DNA of 64,000 bases from an uncultured Phycisphaerales bacterium (GTDB lineage Bacteria; Planctomycetota; Phycisphaerae; Sedimentisphaerales; Anaerobacaceae): assembly GCA_963772725.1 (NCBI GenBank), contig CAVYYI010000003.1, forward strand, positions 576,001-640,000, read 5' to 3'. This document shows, piece after piece, positions 34,085-44,096 of this stretch. Numbering within the stretch: the stretch's first letter is position 1; every line of letters starts with the position of its first letter. The translations under genes and the position numbers were made by a program. The notes under the pieces are model-generated. The model was given only the letters and a program-made list of their open reading frames with translations, had not been told where the DNA came from and ran no database searches.

Positions 34085-34849
34085 TTACGTGTCCTTATTT
34101 TTCCGTCTCTGAGCTTCCTCAGCTCGGTAGCTCGGTACATTCAATTCAAGGATCACACTATGATGTACCAGCCGGTCGATCGCTGCTGCAGTGGTCATCG
34201 GATCCTTAAAGATGACTTCCCATTTACTGAACGGCAGATTGCTGGTAATCAACACGCTGCCACGTTCATAACAATGAGCTAATAAGGTAAACAGCACCTC
34301 CATCTCCTCGCGGTTCTGTTTGACATAGCCGAAGTCATCTATCATCAATGCCTCGTACTGTGACAGCTTCTTGAGCCATTTGTCCAGCTTCAACTCCTGC
34401 TTGGCTCGTAATAACTCCTGCAACATCATATCACACGTAGTAAAGTAAACCTTTTTTCCCTGCCGGGCAAGTTCATGACAGATACCACACAGTAAATGTG
34501 TCTTACCGCTGCCGGGTTTGCCAAATGCAAGAATATTCTCTGTTCTGTCAACAAATGAACCTTCCAAAAGAATTTTGACCTGCTGACGTATCTTCAACGG
34601 CATACGTTTAAAATCAAAGTTTGCCATGGTCTTTTCCATAGGAAGCTTTGAGGCTTTTACCAGCCTTGCGATTTTATTGGCTCTGCGAACATCACACTCA
34701 CGCTGAGCCAATTCCAATAGATATTGTGAATAACCCATATCTTCGGCGATAGCCTTCTGAGCGAACTCGGCGTAATATTCACGGAACATCGGCAGGTGAA
34801 GTTCTTTGAGAAGGTTTACAAGCTGATTATCCAGATCATTTTTACTCAT
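34085..34849 (-). CDS. istB: IS21 helper ATPase
   Basis: GKPGSGKTHL, LMIDDFGY, ITSNL, IDRLVHH. Confidence 0.95.
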   Translation of the reverse strand: MSKNDLDNQLVNLLKELHLPMFREYYAEFAQKAIAEDMGYSQYLLELAQRECDVRRANKIARLVKASKLPMEKTMANFDFKRMPLKIRQQVKILLEGSFVDRTENILAFGKPGSGKTHLLCGICHELARQGKKVYFTTCDMMLQELLRAKQELKLDKWLKKLSQYEALMIDDFGYVKQNREEMEVLFTLLAHCYERGSVLITSNLPFSKWEVIFKDPMTTAAAIDRLVHHSVILELNVPSYRAEEAQRRKNKDT

Positions 34850-36333
34850 ACCAGTAGTGCCTCCGCCGATTCAAGTAGACAGTCATAACTGTTCAGATCA
34901 ATATCGCCAACACAAACGTCAGTGACATCCGGCGGCTGTTGTTCGGATTTGACTATTTGTTCTACCATATCAAAATCAATCGCATCTGCATGGTTGATCA
35001 GGAACCGCAAAGCTTCATTGACAGATGTCTGGCTTTCGTTGGCAGCTAATTCAAGAATTTTCAGATACTGCTTATTACCCTGCTTCATCCCATGTTGATC
35101 ACGCAGGAGATCATATGCGATCCTGAACTGACTTGTGGGAAACATATCATCTTTATAGCAATAGTTCTCAAACGCCCCGGGTTTGCGAACAAGGGTATCT
35201 ATAACGTGGCGGTAATTGATGTAATGACCGTTTTCACCGTGTAATCTGGGCAATACTTCAATTCTTCTTTGAGCATACCAGACTTCGATATGTTCGGCAT
35301 ATATTCGAACGTCAACATTTTCTCCCCTAAGCCTGCTGTGAACAGAATAGCTGTTCTTAAGAACTCGGACCGTGCAGCCACGACTTACCCTGCATTTATC
35401 CCTGGTGAAATCTTCATGCCTGCGGGTTGGCAATTGCCGCAGAACCTTTAACTCTTCGGCCAAGAGTTTTGTGCGGCCGGTATTGAGTTGGTTGAGCAGC
35501 TTTTCAAGAAACATTTCATAATCTTTCCTGCTGTTAAAATCTCTGCTTCCTCTAAGGATTAACGCCTGTTCAACAGCTCTCTTTAACCTGTGATGACGCT
35601 GCTCTATATCGCCGTTTTCATTCGGACAGTGAGGCTGGATTTTACAGCTTTGGAAACCATAATGATTCGCAAGACCCTGATAGTTAGCCGTGAATTCCTC
35701 AGGATTGCCTACCTTGTTAACCGCACAGGTTAAATTATCAGTCCTATGATAGCGTGGTATGCCGCCTAACTTCCAGAGGGCATTTTGAATACCGGCACTT
35801 AAACTTTCATAGCTTTCTGAAAAACATACCGTGACGGTTTCCCAGTTCGACAAACACAATACAAAATGGTACAGCATGTGAATAAAAGGTATGCCGCAAA
35901 TGGTGATACCCAGCTTATTCATCCTGGTAAAGTCTGATTCGCACCATTGGCCGGGTTTATAGATTTGTGGAAAAAACACTTCCTGAGCCGGACCGGACAA
36001 GGCTTTCCATTGTTTTACTCGTCTCTGGAAGGTTCTTAATTCGCTGTCCTGGTATTTACCGGGATATTCACGCTGCAGAGCCTCAAAAAGCGATTTAGAT
36101 TCAAGACCGGAGTTGTTTTTGAGGAATTCTTCAACCCATGGCCAATCCCCTGCAAAGGCATCCGGATGGGTGGGCCAGTCGTGGATAGCTTGGCATTGGC
36201 TGGGCAGCACGCCCGTTTTTAAATACTTGCGGGCGGTTTTAGTGCTTATACCAGCCTTGTCTGCAAGCTGATATAAGGTCTTGCATTTGTTTTTCATAGC
36301 GAACAATCTCCTTACCTGTTTGTCTTTAACCAT
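34846..36333 (-). CDS. istA: IS21 transposase
   Basis: PGQWCESDF, RTDNL, NENGDIE, YSVHSR. Confidence 0.95.
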   Translation of the reverse strand: MVKDKQVRRLFAMKNKCKTLYQLADKAGISTKTARKYLKTGVLPSQCQAIHDWPTHPDAFAGDWPWVEEFLKNNSGLESKSLFEALQREYPGKYQDSELRTFQRRVKQWKALSGPAQEVFFPQIYKPGQWCESDFTRMNKLGITICGIPFIHMLYHFVLCLSNWETVTVCFSESYESLSAGIQNALWKLGGIPRYHRTDNLTCAVNKVGNPEEFTANYQGLANHYGFQSCKIQPHCPNENGDIEQRHHRLKRAVEQALILRGSRDFNSRKDYEMFLEKLLNQLNTGRTKLLAEELKVLRQLPTRRHEDFTRDKCRVSRGCTVRVLKNSYSVHSRLRGENVDVRIYAEHIEVWYAQRRIEVLPRLHGENGHYINYRHVIDTLVRKPGAFENYCYKDDMFPTSQFRIAYDLLRDQHGMKQGNKQYLKILELAANESQTSVNEALRFLINHADAIDFDMVEQIVKSEQQPPDVTDVCVGDIDLNSYDCLLESAEALLV

Positions 36334-36436
36334 CTGAAATCTCCTGACTTAATGAGTTTCAGATAGCATATTCCAACTTTAATTCATCCGGAACTTTTAA
36401 CTGTCGCCGGAAGGTAAGAATAATTGTCGCTGATCA

Positions 36437-36919
36437 GGAGGAAGGTTTTCACTGGATAATAACAATGGATTGTGATCATCAGCACCAGCCTTCCTGCATA
36501 CCGCTGTTTTATAATGAGATAGAAAAGGATGATGCCGATATTATAAGCGGCTCAAGATATCTTGATCCCGAAAATAATGGTACTGCAAAACCGCCTCCTG
36601 AGAGAGTCATAATAAACAAAAAAATTACCATATTGTTAAACCAGATGCTTAATCTCAAGTTGACTGACTCTTTCTGCGGGTTCAAGGCGTACAGGGTCGA
36701 ATCCCTTAAAAAGCTGAAACTGACCGAAAATGGGTATGGCCTGCCGCTTCAGTTATGGATTCAGGTTCGGCAGCCAATGTTCGAATCCATGAAATAGCCG
36801 TACCTTTGATTTATCATGACCCAAAAAGAAATTTCGGCGGGTATCTGGAAGTGCCGCGGTTAAGAATGAAATATTATATGGATATTATCCAGCAGGAACT
36901 TATACAAAATGGAATGTAA
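36437..36919 (+). pseudogene. Glycosyltransferase family 2 C-terminal fragment trapped between IS21 copies
   Basis: ITMDCDHQH (DxD), IISGSRY, LTDSFCGFKAYR; 5' end missing; frameshift near 36770. Confidence 0.75.
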
Positions 36920-37179
36920 AATACTGAGAAAATTAGCTGTTCCTGATGAGAAGAACTGCATATTCACAAGCCCGGATTTTACAAGCTGGCAGTCTCTTCT
37001 AGATGCCAATAAAAGTTCACTTGCTGGTATCAAAAACAGAAATATCTCAAAGGACAAACTTATAAATATCGCCACTTGATCAGCGACAATTATTCTTACC
37101 TTCCGGCGACAGTTAAAAGTTCCGGATGAATTAAAGTTGGAATATGCTATCTGAAACTCATTAAGTCAGGAGATTTCAG

Positions 37180-38667
37180 ATGGTTAAAGACAAACAGGTA
37201 AGGAGATTGTTCGCTATGAAAAACAAATGCAAGACCTTATATCAGCTTGCAGACAAGGCTGGTATAAGCACTAAAACCGCCCGCAAGTATTTAAAAACGG
37301 GCGTGCTGCCCAGCCAATGCCAAGCTATCCACGACTGGCCCACCCATCCGGATGCCTTTGCAGGGGATTGGCCATGGGTTGAAGAATTCCTCAAAAACAA
37401 CTCCGGTCTTGAATCTAAATCGCTTTTTGAGGCTCTGCAGCGTGAATATCCCGGTAAATACCAGGACAGCGAATTAAGAACCTTCCAGAGACGAGTAAAA
37501 CAATGGAAAGCCTTGTCCGGTCCGGCTCAGGAAGTGTTTTTTCCACAAATCTATAAACCCGGCCAATGGTGCGAATCAGACTTTACCAGGATGAATAAGC
37601 TGGGTATCACCATTTGCGGCATACCTTTTATTCACATGCTGTACCATTTTGTATTGTGTTTGTCGAACTGGGAAACCGTCACGGTATGTTTTTCAGAAAG
37701 CTATGAAAGTTTAAGTGCCGGTATTCAAAATGCCCTCTGGAAGTTAGGCGGCATACCACGCTATCATAGGACTGATAATTTAACCTGTGCGGTTAACAAG
37801 GTAGGCAATCCTGAGGAATTCACGGCTAACTATCAGGGTCTTGCGAATCATTATGGTTTCCAAAGCTGTAAAATCCAGCCTCACTGTCCGAATGAAAACG
37901 GCGATATAGAGCAGCGTCATCACAGGTTAAAGAGAGCTGTTGAACAGGCGTTAATCCTTAGAGGAAGCAGAGATTTTAACAGCAGGAAAGATTATGAAAT
38001 GTTTCTTGAAAAGCTGCTCGACCAACTCAATACCGGCCGCACAAAACTCTTGGCCGAAGAGTTAAAGGTTCTGCGGCAATTGCCAACCCGCAGGCATGAA
38101 GATTTCACCAGGGATAAATGCAGGGTAAGTCGTGGCTGCACGGTCCGAGTTCTTAAGAACAGCTATTCTGTTCACAGCAGGCTTAGGGGAGAAAATGTTG
38201 ACGTTCGAATATATGCCGAACATATCGAAGTCTGGTATGCTCAAAGAAGAATTGAAGTATTGCCCAGATTACACGGTGAAAACGGTCATTACATCAATTA
38301 CCGCCACGTTATAGATACCCTTGTTCGCAAACCCGGGGCGTTTGAGAACTATTGCTATAAAGATGATATGTTTCCCACAAGTCAGTTCAGGATCGCATAT
38401 GATCTCCTGCGTGATCAACATGGGATGAAGCAGGGTAATAAGCAGTATCTGAAAATTCTTGAATTAGCTGCCAACGAAAGCCAGACATCTGTCAATGAAG
38501 CTTTGCGGTTCCTGATCAACCATGCAGATGCGATTGATTTTGATATGGTAGAACAAATAGTCAAATCCGAACAACAGCCGCCGGATGTCACTGACGTTTG
38601 TGTTGGCGATATTGATCTGAACAGTTATGACTGTCTACTTGAATCGGCGGAGGCACTACTGGTATGA
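37180..38667 (+). CDS. istA: IS21 transposase
   Basis: Same as copy 1 except one N/D residue. Confidence 0.95.
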   Translation: MVKDKQVRRLFAMKNKCKTLYQLADKAGISTKTARKYLKTGVLPSQCQAIHDWPTHPDAFAGDWPWVEEFLKNNSGLESKSLFEALQREYPGKYQDSELRTFQRRVKQWKALSGPAQEVFFPQIYKPGQWCESDFTRMNKLGITICGIPFIHMLYHFVLCLSNWETVTVCFSESYESLSAGIQNALWKLGGIPRYHRTDNLTCAVNKVGNPEEFTANYQGLANHYGFQSCKIQPHCPNENGDIEQRHHRLKRAVEQALILRGSRDFNSRKDYEMFLEKLLDQLNTGRTKLLAEELKVLRQLPTRRHEDFTRDKCRVSRGCTVRVLKNSYSVHSRLRGENVDVRIYAEHIEVWYAQRRIEVLPRLHGENGHYINYRHVIDTLVRKPGAFENYCYKDDMFPTSQFRIAYDLLRDQHGMKQGNKQYLKILELAANESQTSVNEALRFLINHADAIDFDMVEQIVKSEQQPPDVTDVCVGDIDLNSYDCLLESAEALLV

Positions 38668-39428
38668 GTAAAAATGATCTGGATAATCAGCTTGTAAACC
38701 TTCTCAAAGAACTTCACCTGCCGATGTTCCGTGAATATTACGCCGAGTTCGCTCAGAAGGCTATCGCCGAAGATATGGGTTATTCACAATATCTATTGGA
38801 ATTGGCTCAGCGTGAGTGTGATGTTCGCAGAGCCAATAAAATCGCAAGGCTGGTAAAAGCCTCAAAGCTTCCTATGGAAAAGACCATGGCAAACTTTGAT
38901 TTTAAACGTATGCCGTTGAAGATACGTCAGCAGGTCAAAATTCTTTTGGAAGGTTCATTTGTTGACAGAACAGAGAATATTCTTGCATTTGGCAAACCCG
39001 GCAGCGGTAAGACACATTTACTGTGTGGTATCTGTCATGAACTTGCCCGGCAGGGAAAAAAGGTTTACTTTACTACGTGTGATATGATGTTGCAGGAGTT
39101 ATTACGAGCCAAGCAGGAGTTGAAGCTGGACAAATGGCTCAAGAAGCTGTCACAGTACGAGGCATTGATGATAGATGACTTCGGCTATGTCAAACAGAAC
39201 CGCGAGGAGATGGAGGTGCTGTTTACCTTATTAGCTCATTGTTATGAACGTGGCAGCGTGTTGATTACCAGCAATCTGCCGTTCAGTAAATGGGAAGTCA
39301 TCTTTAAGGATCCGATGACCACTGCAGCAGCGATTGACCGGCTGGTACATCATAGTGTGATCCTTGAATTGAATGTACCGAGCTACCGAGCTGAGGAAGC
39401 TCAGAGACGGAAAAATAAGGACACGTAA
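38664..39428 (+). CDS. istB: IS21 helper ATPase
   Basis: Protein identical to copy 1. Confidence 0.95.
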   Translation: MSKNDLDNQLVNLLKELHLPMFREYYAEFAQKAIAEDMGYSQYLLELAQRECDVRRANKIARLVKASKLPMEKTMANFDFKRMPLKIRQQVKILLEGSFVDRTENILAFGKPGSGKTHLLCGICHELARQGKKVYFTTCDMMLQELLRAKQELKLDKWLKKLSQYEALMIDDFGYVKQNREEMEVLFTLLAHCYERGSVLITSNLPFSKWEVIFKDPMTTAAAIDRLVHHSVILELNVPSYRAEEAQRRKNKDT

Positions 39429-39547
39429 TGTCCGAAATTTTGCCCCCCATGGGGGGCACCTCCTAAAGGCTATAAGCTAAGGTAAGTGTTATGAAGTAAC
39501 GGTAAAAATAACTGTCGTTGAAGGGAAATTATAATTGACGCCGGACA

Positions 39548-40036
39548 CTATGTTTTCTTTAAAATTTTATATTCTAGTTCCTTGGGTGCAATTTCGAGCA
39601 AATGCAGCATTCGCTTGTCAGCTGTAATTAGAATTAAATTATATGCCAGTGCCTCAGAAACTATCCATAAATCATTTTCATCGACCCCCATCAGCTTTGA
39701 AGGGATCGGGCTTTCAAGTTGACTCGCACGAGGGTCACTTAACCTTAACGTCTTTTCCGATTTGCTTTCAAATAGGCTTGCCTTAAGCTTACCATATTCC
39801 TGTGCAACAGCCTTATCAATGGGGAAAGAATAAGGTTTATAACCAGAAATAAATTCGCTATATTCCTCAAAACTAAATTTAGGATTTACATGGGCTCCGT
39901 ATATAACTTCTCCCCATACTATAGCTGAAAGGTAAAGCCGTGAGTTTGAAACTATCTTTTGAATTTCAGAAATTATATAAGATTCATTTCTAAACCAACC
40001 AGACCAGATATTTGTATCCAACAAACAATCTTTCAT
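39548..40036 (-). CDS. PIN-domain (VapC-like) ribonuclease
   Basis: LLDTNIW, SAIVWGE, DENDLWI, LITADK acidic tetrad; ATGA overlap with the upstream MTase. Confidence 0.85.
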   Translation of the reverse strand: MKDCLLDTNIWSGWFRNESYIISEIQKIVSNSRLYLSAIVWGEVIYGAHVNPKFSFEEYSEFISGYKPYSFPIDKAVAQEYGKLKASLFESKSEKTLRLSDPRASQLESPIPSKLMGVDENDLWIVSEALAYNLILITADKRMLHLLEIAPKELEYKILKKT

Positions 40037-42588
40037 TTTCCGCTTCTCTCCTTTGAAGCAATCTCGAAAGCCTCGATAACTTGCGGAGTTCTATTGCGAT
40101 CAACCCACTTTTGTACGTTTTTAAAAGTTGAATTTCTGTAATCATTCGAAATGTAGATATGTAACGGTATATATGATTCAAATCCTGTTTCATAATATCT
40201 GTCAAATTTAAAATCTACTCCCTTTCGCTGAATGCCTTCAAAAAAGTTGAGCAGTTCTCTTTCTATCCGGGGAGGCAATTGGTACAGTCGCAGAATTTCA
40301 GCATCAATAGATAAAAGCAGCTGCCGTTTTTTTTCATCACTTTTATTTTGCAAAGCGAACGGATGCTGTTGAGAATATGCAAAGTAATCCTGTACACAAA
40401 TATTCAATTTTGAAAAATCTTGCGATTCAAATGGCACAGGCATGTTTCGCAAAGTACCCTCCATATTAAGTCGTTCCATACAATGGCAATACATATATGC
40501 ATTTGCAAAGGGCGAATTAATAAGTGCCCAGATAACATTTAAGGGGATATTCTTTTCCGGTTTGGGTCTTATCACAAGAAAATGTTTGGTTACTGGCAAA
40601 CCTTTCAAATCTATAAATCCTTTTATCCTCCATGCGTCTCCCCCAGATCTTGCATAATTAGCAATAACTTGAGGGATATTTTCCTTAAGGCCGTACCGTT
40701 GATTAGCAATATCGCCTGCTTTAGTACTTAGCCAATAATAATCCGGCAATTCAGTAATTTGGATATCAACCCTGCCCTTTTTCCCATTGATTATTCGTTC
40801 AAAATTTCCAAAACCTTTCGTCGAATCAGGAAATTTATGTTTTTGAACGGATTTTTCGAAATGCTTATATTCAATTCCTCTTCCAATTACTGCATATTCT
40901 TTTATTTTGTGAAAACGCTTGCAATAATCCCAAATATCTTTTAGTGCCGGTATTCTAAAACTATAATCTTGAGCATGATAAAAAGTATCCTTATCAATTA
41001 TTTCACTCGAGGCTTGATAGGTATTTTTAAAAGTTTCGATATCCTTATTATTTATTCTTAAATAAACAATTTTTGCTTTACTTTGTCTCTTGCGGGCAAG
41101 CAGAACAGTTGACAGATGTTTGCCTTTAGCAAATACATTGTCCGGCAGATTGCAGATTGTTCGCAATTCGAAATTATCTAAAATATATTTCCTCAAATCA
41201 GCGAGATTTCTTCTATGTAGAAAACCTTGAGGCAAAATAATTCCGAAAACAGAATCATCAGGCAGGTAAGACAATGTCTTTTCAAGAACTTCAGCGGCCT
41301 TGTTGCCAGTTTTGATATTATTATATTTTTGCTTCTCTTTTTTGAAATCCTCAAAAGGGGGATTGCAAAAGAGTATTGTGGCTTTTTGGGCCGCCTTTTT
41401 CAAAATATCATTTTCATAAATATCTGAATGTTGAATATTCCATCCATTGGGGTTTGGAATATCAGCTAAAGTAAGTGCTAACTTGGCAATTTCTTCGGCA
41501 AAGCTGTCCACGTCTATCCCTATAAGATGTCGTTTGAGATAATCATGTCTGTCTTTTTCAACACCTTTATAAAGAAGAGGGTCAGTCAGTAATTTTGCTC
41601 CAGTCGTCAAAAACGGTGCGTGTCCACAAGCCGGTTCAAGAATAATTCTTTTTGCCTGCGGGATAGCTTCAATCCAATCAATCAGTTCCAATACTATATA
41701 ATTAACCAGCCATGAGGGCGTGGCATGAGTGCCAAACAATTTTCTTGTTTCTTTTCTTACCAGCGCATTTTCATAAACATAAGCAAGCGACTCTGTTGTT
41801 AGATGGGCAAAACTTGATATCATCGCAATTTCTTTTGCAATTTTTTCAAACGCTTTCTTCTGTATGTTATTTGAGATATCAAGCATCTCGGTTGCGCTAT
41901 AATGTCCCTGCACCCGTTTAATCAAATCAGCTACATTTGAGATTTCAAGATTTTTAAATCGCGGTACCTGCTTATCTTTTAAAATCTTGGCGCCTATCAA
42001 CCAAAAGGCCGCCTGAACAAGCCATTTACCAAATTTCTTATCTTCATTAATACTTGCACAATTTGCTTTAAGGGATTTTATAATTTTTTCTGTAAGTTCA
42101 GATAAATATTTTCCTTCTTTTTCTTCAACAATCCCCATCAAACTGCCAATATCAGCAAACGAAAGTTGGTACTCTTTTTTTACGCGGCCAATTGTTTTAG
42201 CCCTGTGGATGCTTTCGGGGAAGAAATCTTTTTTATATTTACTGAAAAAACCACTTAGAGTTTTTGGTTCAATTTGTTCGTGAAACGCCACTTGAATGCC
42301 GGAGTTTTTCCAAAATTGTACACCGCTATCGTCATAAACCAACAACACAGGACAACCAAGCAATTGATAAGGCAACAATTCTGTTTCAATCTTCTTTTCA
42401 TTCAATTTGGTTTTATCAATTGCCGCTATGCAGGCGGTGGCAGAATTATATGTGGGTTGATAGAAACCGACTATTTCAGCAGTTCTGCTTTCTTTACCGT
42501 CAAAATATTGGTAGCTTTCTTGAAGAAGGTTATTTTTATATCCACAGCTTTTAAAGCCATCAAGTATTTGCTGCCTTATTTGTAACAT
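40033..42588 (-). CDS. Large N-6 adenine DNA methyltransferase (gamma class, type IIG/TaqI-like layout)
   Basis: GTHATP, ILEPACGHAPFL (motif I), CNPPF (motif IV), GIILPQGFL, C-terminal target-recognition-like region. Confidence 0.88.
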   Translation of the reverse strand: MLQIRQQILDGFKSCGYKNNLLQESYQYFDGKESRTAEIVGFYQPTYNSATACIAAIDKTKLNEKKIETELLPYQLLGCPVLLVYDDSGVQFWKNSGIQVAFHEQIEPKTLSGFFSKYKKDFFPESIHRAKTIGRVKKEYQLSFADIGSLMGIVEEKEGKYLSELTEKIIKSLKANCASINEDKKFGKWLVQAAFWLIGAKILKDKQVPRFKNLEISNVADLIKRVQGHYSATEMLDISNNIQKKAFEKIAKEIAMISSFAHLTTESLAYVYENALVRKETRKLFGTHATPSWLVNYIVLELIDWIEAIPQAKRIILEPACGHAPFLTTGAKLLTDPLLYKGVEKDRHDYLKRHLIGIDVDSFAEEIAKLALTLADIPNPNGWNIQHSDIYENDILKKAAQKATILFCNPPFEDFKKEKQKYNNIKTGNKAAEVLEKTLSYLPDDSVFGIILPQGFLHRRNLADLRKYILDNFELRTICNLPDNVFAKGKHLSTVLLARKRQSKAKIVYLRINNKDIETFKNTYQASSEIIDKDTFYHAQDYSFRIPALKDIWDYCKRFHKIKEYAVIGRGIEYKHFEKSVQKHKFPDSTKGFGNFERIINGKKGRVDIQITELPDYYWLSTKAGDIANQRYGLKENIPQVIANYARSGGDAWRIKGFIDLKGLPVTKHFLVIRPKPEKNIPLNVIWALINSPFANAYMYCHCMERLNMEGTLRNMPVPFESQDFSKLNICVQDYFAYSQQHPFALQNKSDEKKRQLLLSIDAEILRLYQLPPRIERELLNFFEGIQRKGVDFKFDRYYETGFESYIPLHIYISNDYRNSTFKNVQKWVDRNRTPQVIEAFEIASKERSGK

Positions 42589-42675
42589 CTCGTATTGGGA
42601 CCCTTTGAATAATAGGTTTTCATTTTCCCAAGTAAAATATCGGGCAAATGAACCAAATTTACTAAATAAATGTGG

Positions 42676-43233
42676 TCATATCACCTTAAATTCTATCTTC
42701 GCCGATTCCATTTGTAATGTTGTGTTTGTTTTTAACTGGTCGTTATTCTTAAAGGCAACATCCAAGCAGGTAAATCTTTCCGGTTTTTCCGCCAAGACCT
42801 TATCAACAAACTTCTTTGTAATCCTCTCCGCCAAACAAACTATTTCGTTGCTCGTCTCTCGTTTCTCGTGACTCGTTTCTTTTAAATCCTTACGAGCGAC
42901 AAGCGACGAGTTATCGCCCTCGATGAAGATATTCTGCGTCTTATCGAAGTCAATAGATTCGCTTTTAACGGGTTTAAGAGTTGCCGTTGTCGTTTCCTGA
43001 ATATGCCTGAAACAATCCGTCTTTCCCGCCCATAACAGCCCGTAACGTTCATTATCGGTATCGAGTTCTTCGCCTAATGCTGTTCGGAGTTTATCGGGAT
43101 TAACCTTTCCTTCGGAAAAAACTAAAGGAAACTGTGCTTTTAGAAGTTCGGCAAGCTCCTTTTGAGGGCTTAACGACTTCCCATCCATCTTATGTACAAT
43201 AGCTTTCCCGCTTTTATCGGCTTCCTTTGCCAT
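42676..43233 (-). pseudogene. Type III R-M Mod subunit with in-frame internal deletion
   Basis: Mod N-terminus (FSEGKVN...ERYGLLWAGK...NIFIEGDN) joined to Mod C-terminus (DVAFKNNDQLKTN); DPPY and SAM motifs absent. Confidence 0.8.
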
Positions 43234-43269
43234 TCTTACCCCTGCTTTAGTTCAATCAAATTTTGCCGA

Positions 43270-43298
43270 ATACTACCACCTAAAACATGATAATGCAA
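43270..43298 (-). promoter_or_regulatory. Sigma-70-like promoter for the Mod-remnant/MTase/PIN unit
   Basis: Minus strand TTGCAT-N17-TAGTAT with TG extended -10. Confidence 0.5.
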
Positions 43299-43398
43299 GC
43301 GGTTTTTATGGTTAAAAATGCGTAATTTATAAGACTTTTAAAGCGGGATATATAGAATTACGAAAAGGGTATTGAATAGCCCCCACCCCTCTCACCTC

Positions 43399-43506
43399 TC
43401 ATCTTTTTGAACCCAGCAACGCGGCAACTACAATCAGGCACAGTAGCAGAAGCGGACTGGGATTCAAAATCATCAAAATCAGTATCACTATCAGCACAGC
43501 ACCCAT
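43399..43506 (-). CDS. 35-aa hydrophobic peptide MGAVLIVILILMILNPSPLLLLCLIVVAALLGSKR
   Basis: Manual translation, below the ORF-track cutoff; GAAAGGA SD just upstream, immediately after the LRR stop. Confidence 0.5.
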   Translation of the reverse strand: MGAVLIVILILMILNPSPLLLLCLIVVAALLGSKR

Positions 43507-43522
43507 TGCATTCCTTTCAAAA

Positions 43523-43975
43523 CTACACAAGCCTACTTACTTCAAGCAGTTCTACTCGCTGCCCGTCAAATTGAACTGACCTCAAATTAGAAAAACCAGC
43601 GAAATCCTCCTTTGTCAAACTCAGTTTATTGCCTTCCAGGCTGAGCCGATATAATTGCTTCAAGTCTTGGAATTCCCCAGGAAGCGAGGTCAAATTACTG
43701 TGACCCAATGACATGAGTTGCAGTTTACCCAGGTGGCCCATCATGGGAGGCAGTTCTTTTAGTTTATTTGAGTTGAGATGCAATATTGCCAGGCTCATCA
43801 TATCCCCCGATTTCTCTTGGAAGTGATTTTATGGCATTATTTGCACAAAAAAGGTCTGTGAGGTGCTTTAGTTGCCCGATTTCAGAGGGCAAGGCCTTCA
43901 ACCCACAGCCCGATAAATCCAGCATTTTAAGATTCTTCAAATGGCATATTTCAGCGGGCAAGGTAGGCTGCCAGT
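43523..43975 (-). pseudogene. Leucine-rich repeat protein fragment (5'-truncated, frameshifted)
   Basis: LxxLxLxxNxLxxLP repeats (LKMLDLSGCGLKALPSEIG, LHLNSNKLKELP). Confidence 0.8.
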
Positions 43976-44059
43976 GGGTATCCAGTGTGTAGTCTGATTA
44001 TAGGCTAAAATAAGCCACATAAGTCTTTATTTGACAAAGGTTATAATTGGAGTGCCTTT

Positions 44060-44084
44060 TCGGCACGCAGGAGGTCGTAGGTTC
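44060..44084 (+). other. tRNA-like att core next to the integrase 3' end
   Basis: TCGGCACGCAGGAGGTCGTAGGTTC closely matches the Val fragment at 26743-26787 in inverted orientation. Confidence 0.6.
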
Positions 44085-44096
44085 GGGGAGATGTTT

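Larger units (their letters stand above)
33966..36436 (-). mobile_element. IS21-family element copy 1
   Basis: TG...CA ends (TGATCAGCGACAATTAT / ATAATTGACGCCGGACA), istA-istB. Confidence 0.95.
37077..39547 (+). mobile_element. IS21-family element copy 2
   Basis: Same ends and near-identical sequence to copy 1, inverted. Confidence 0.95.
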
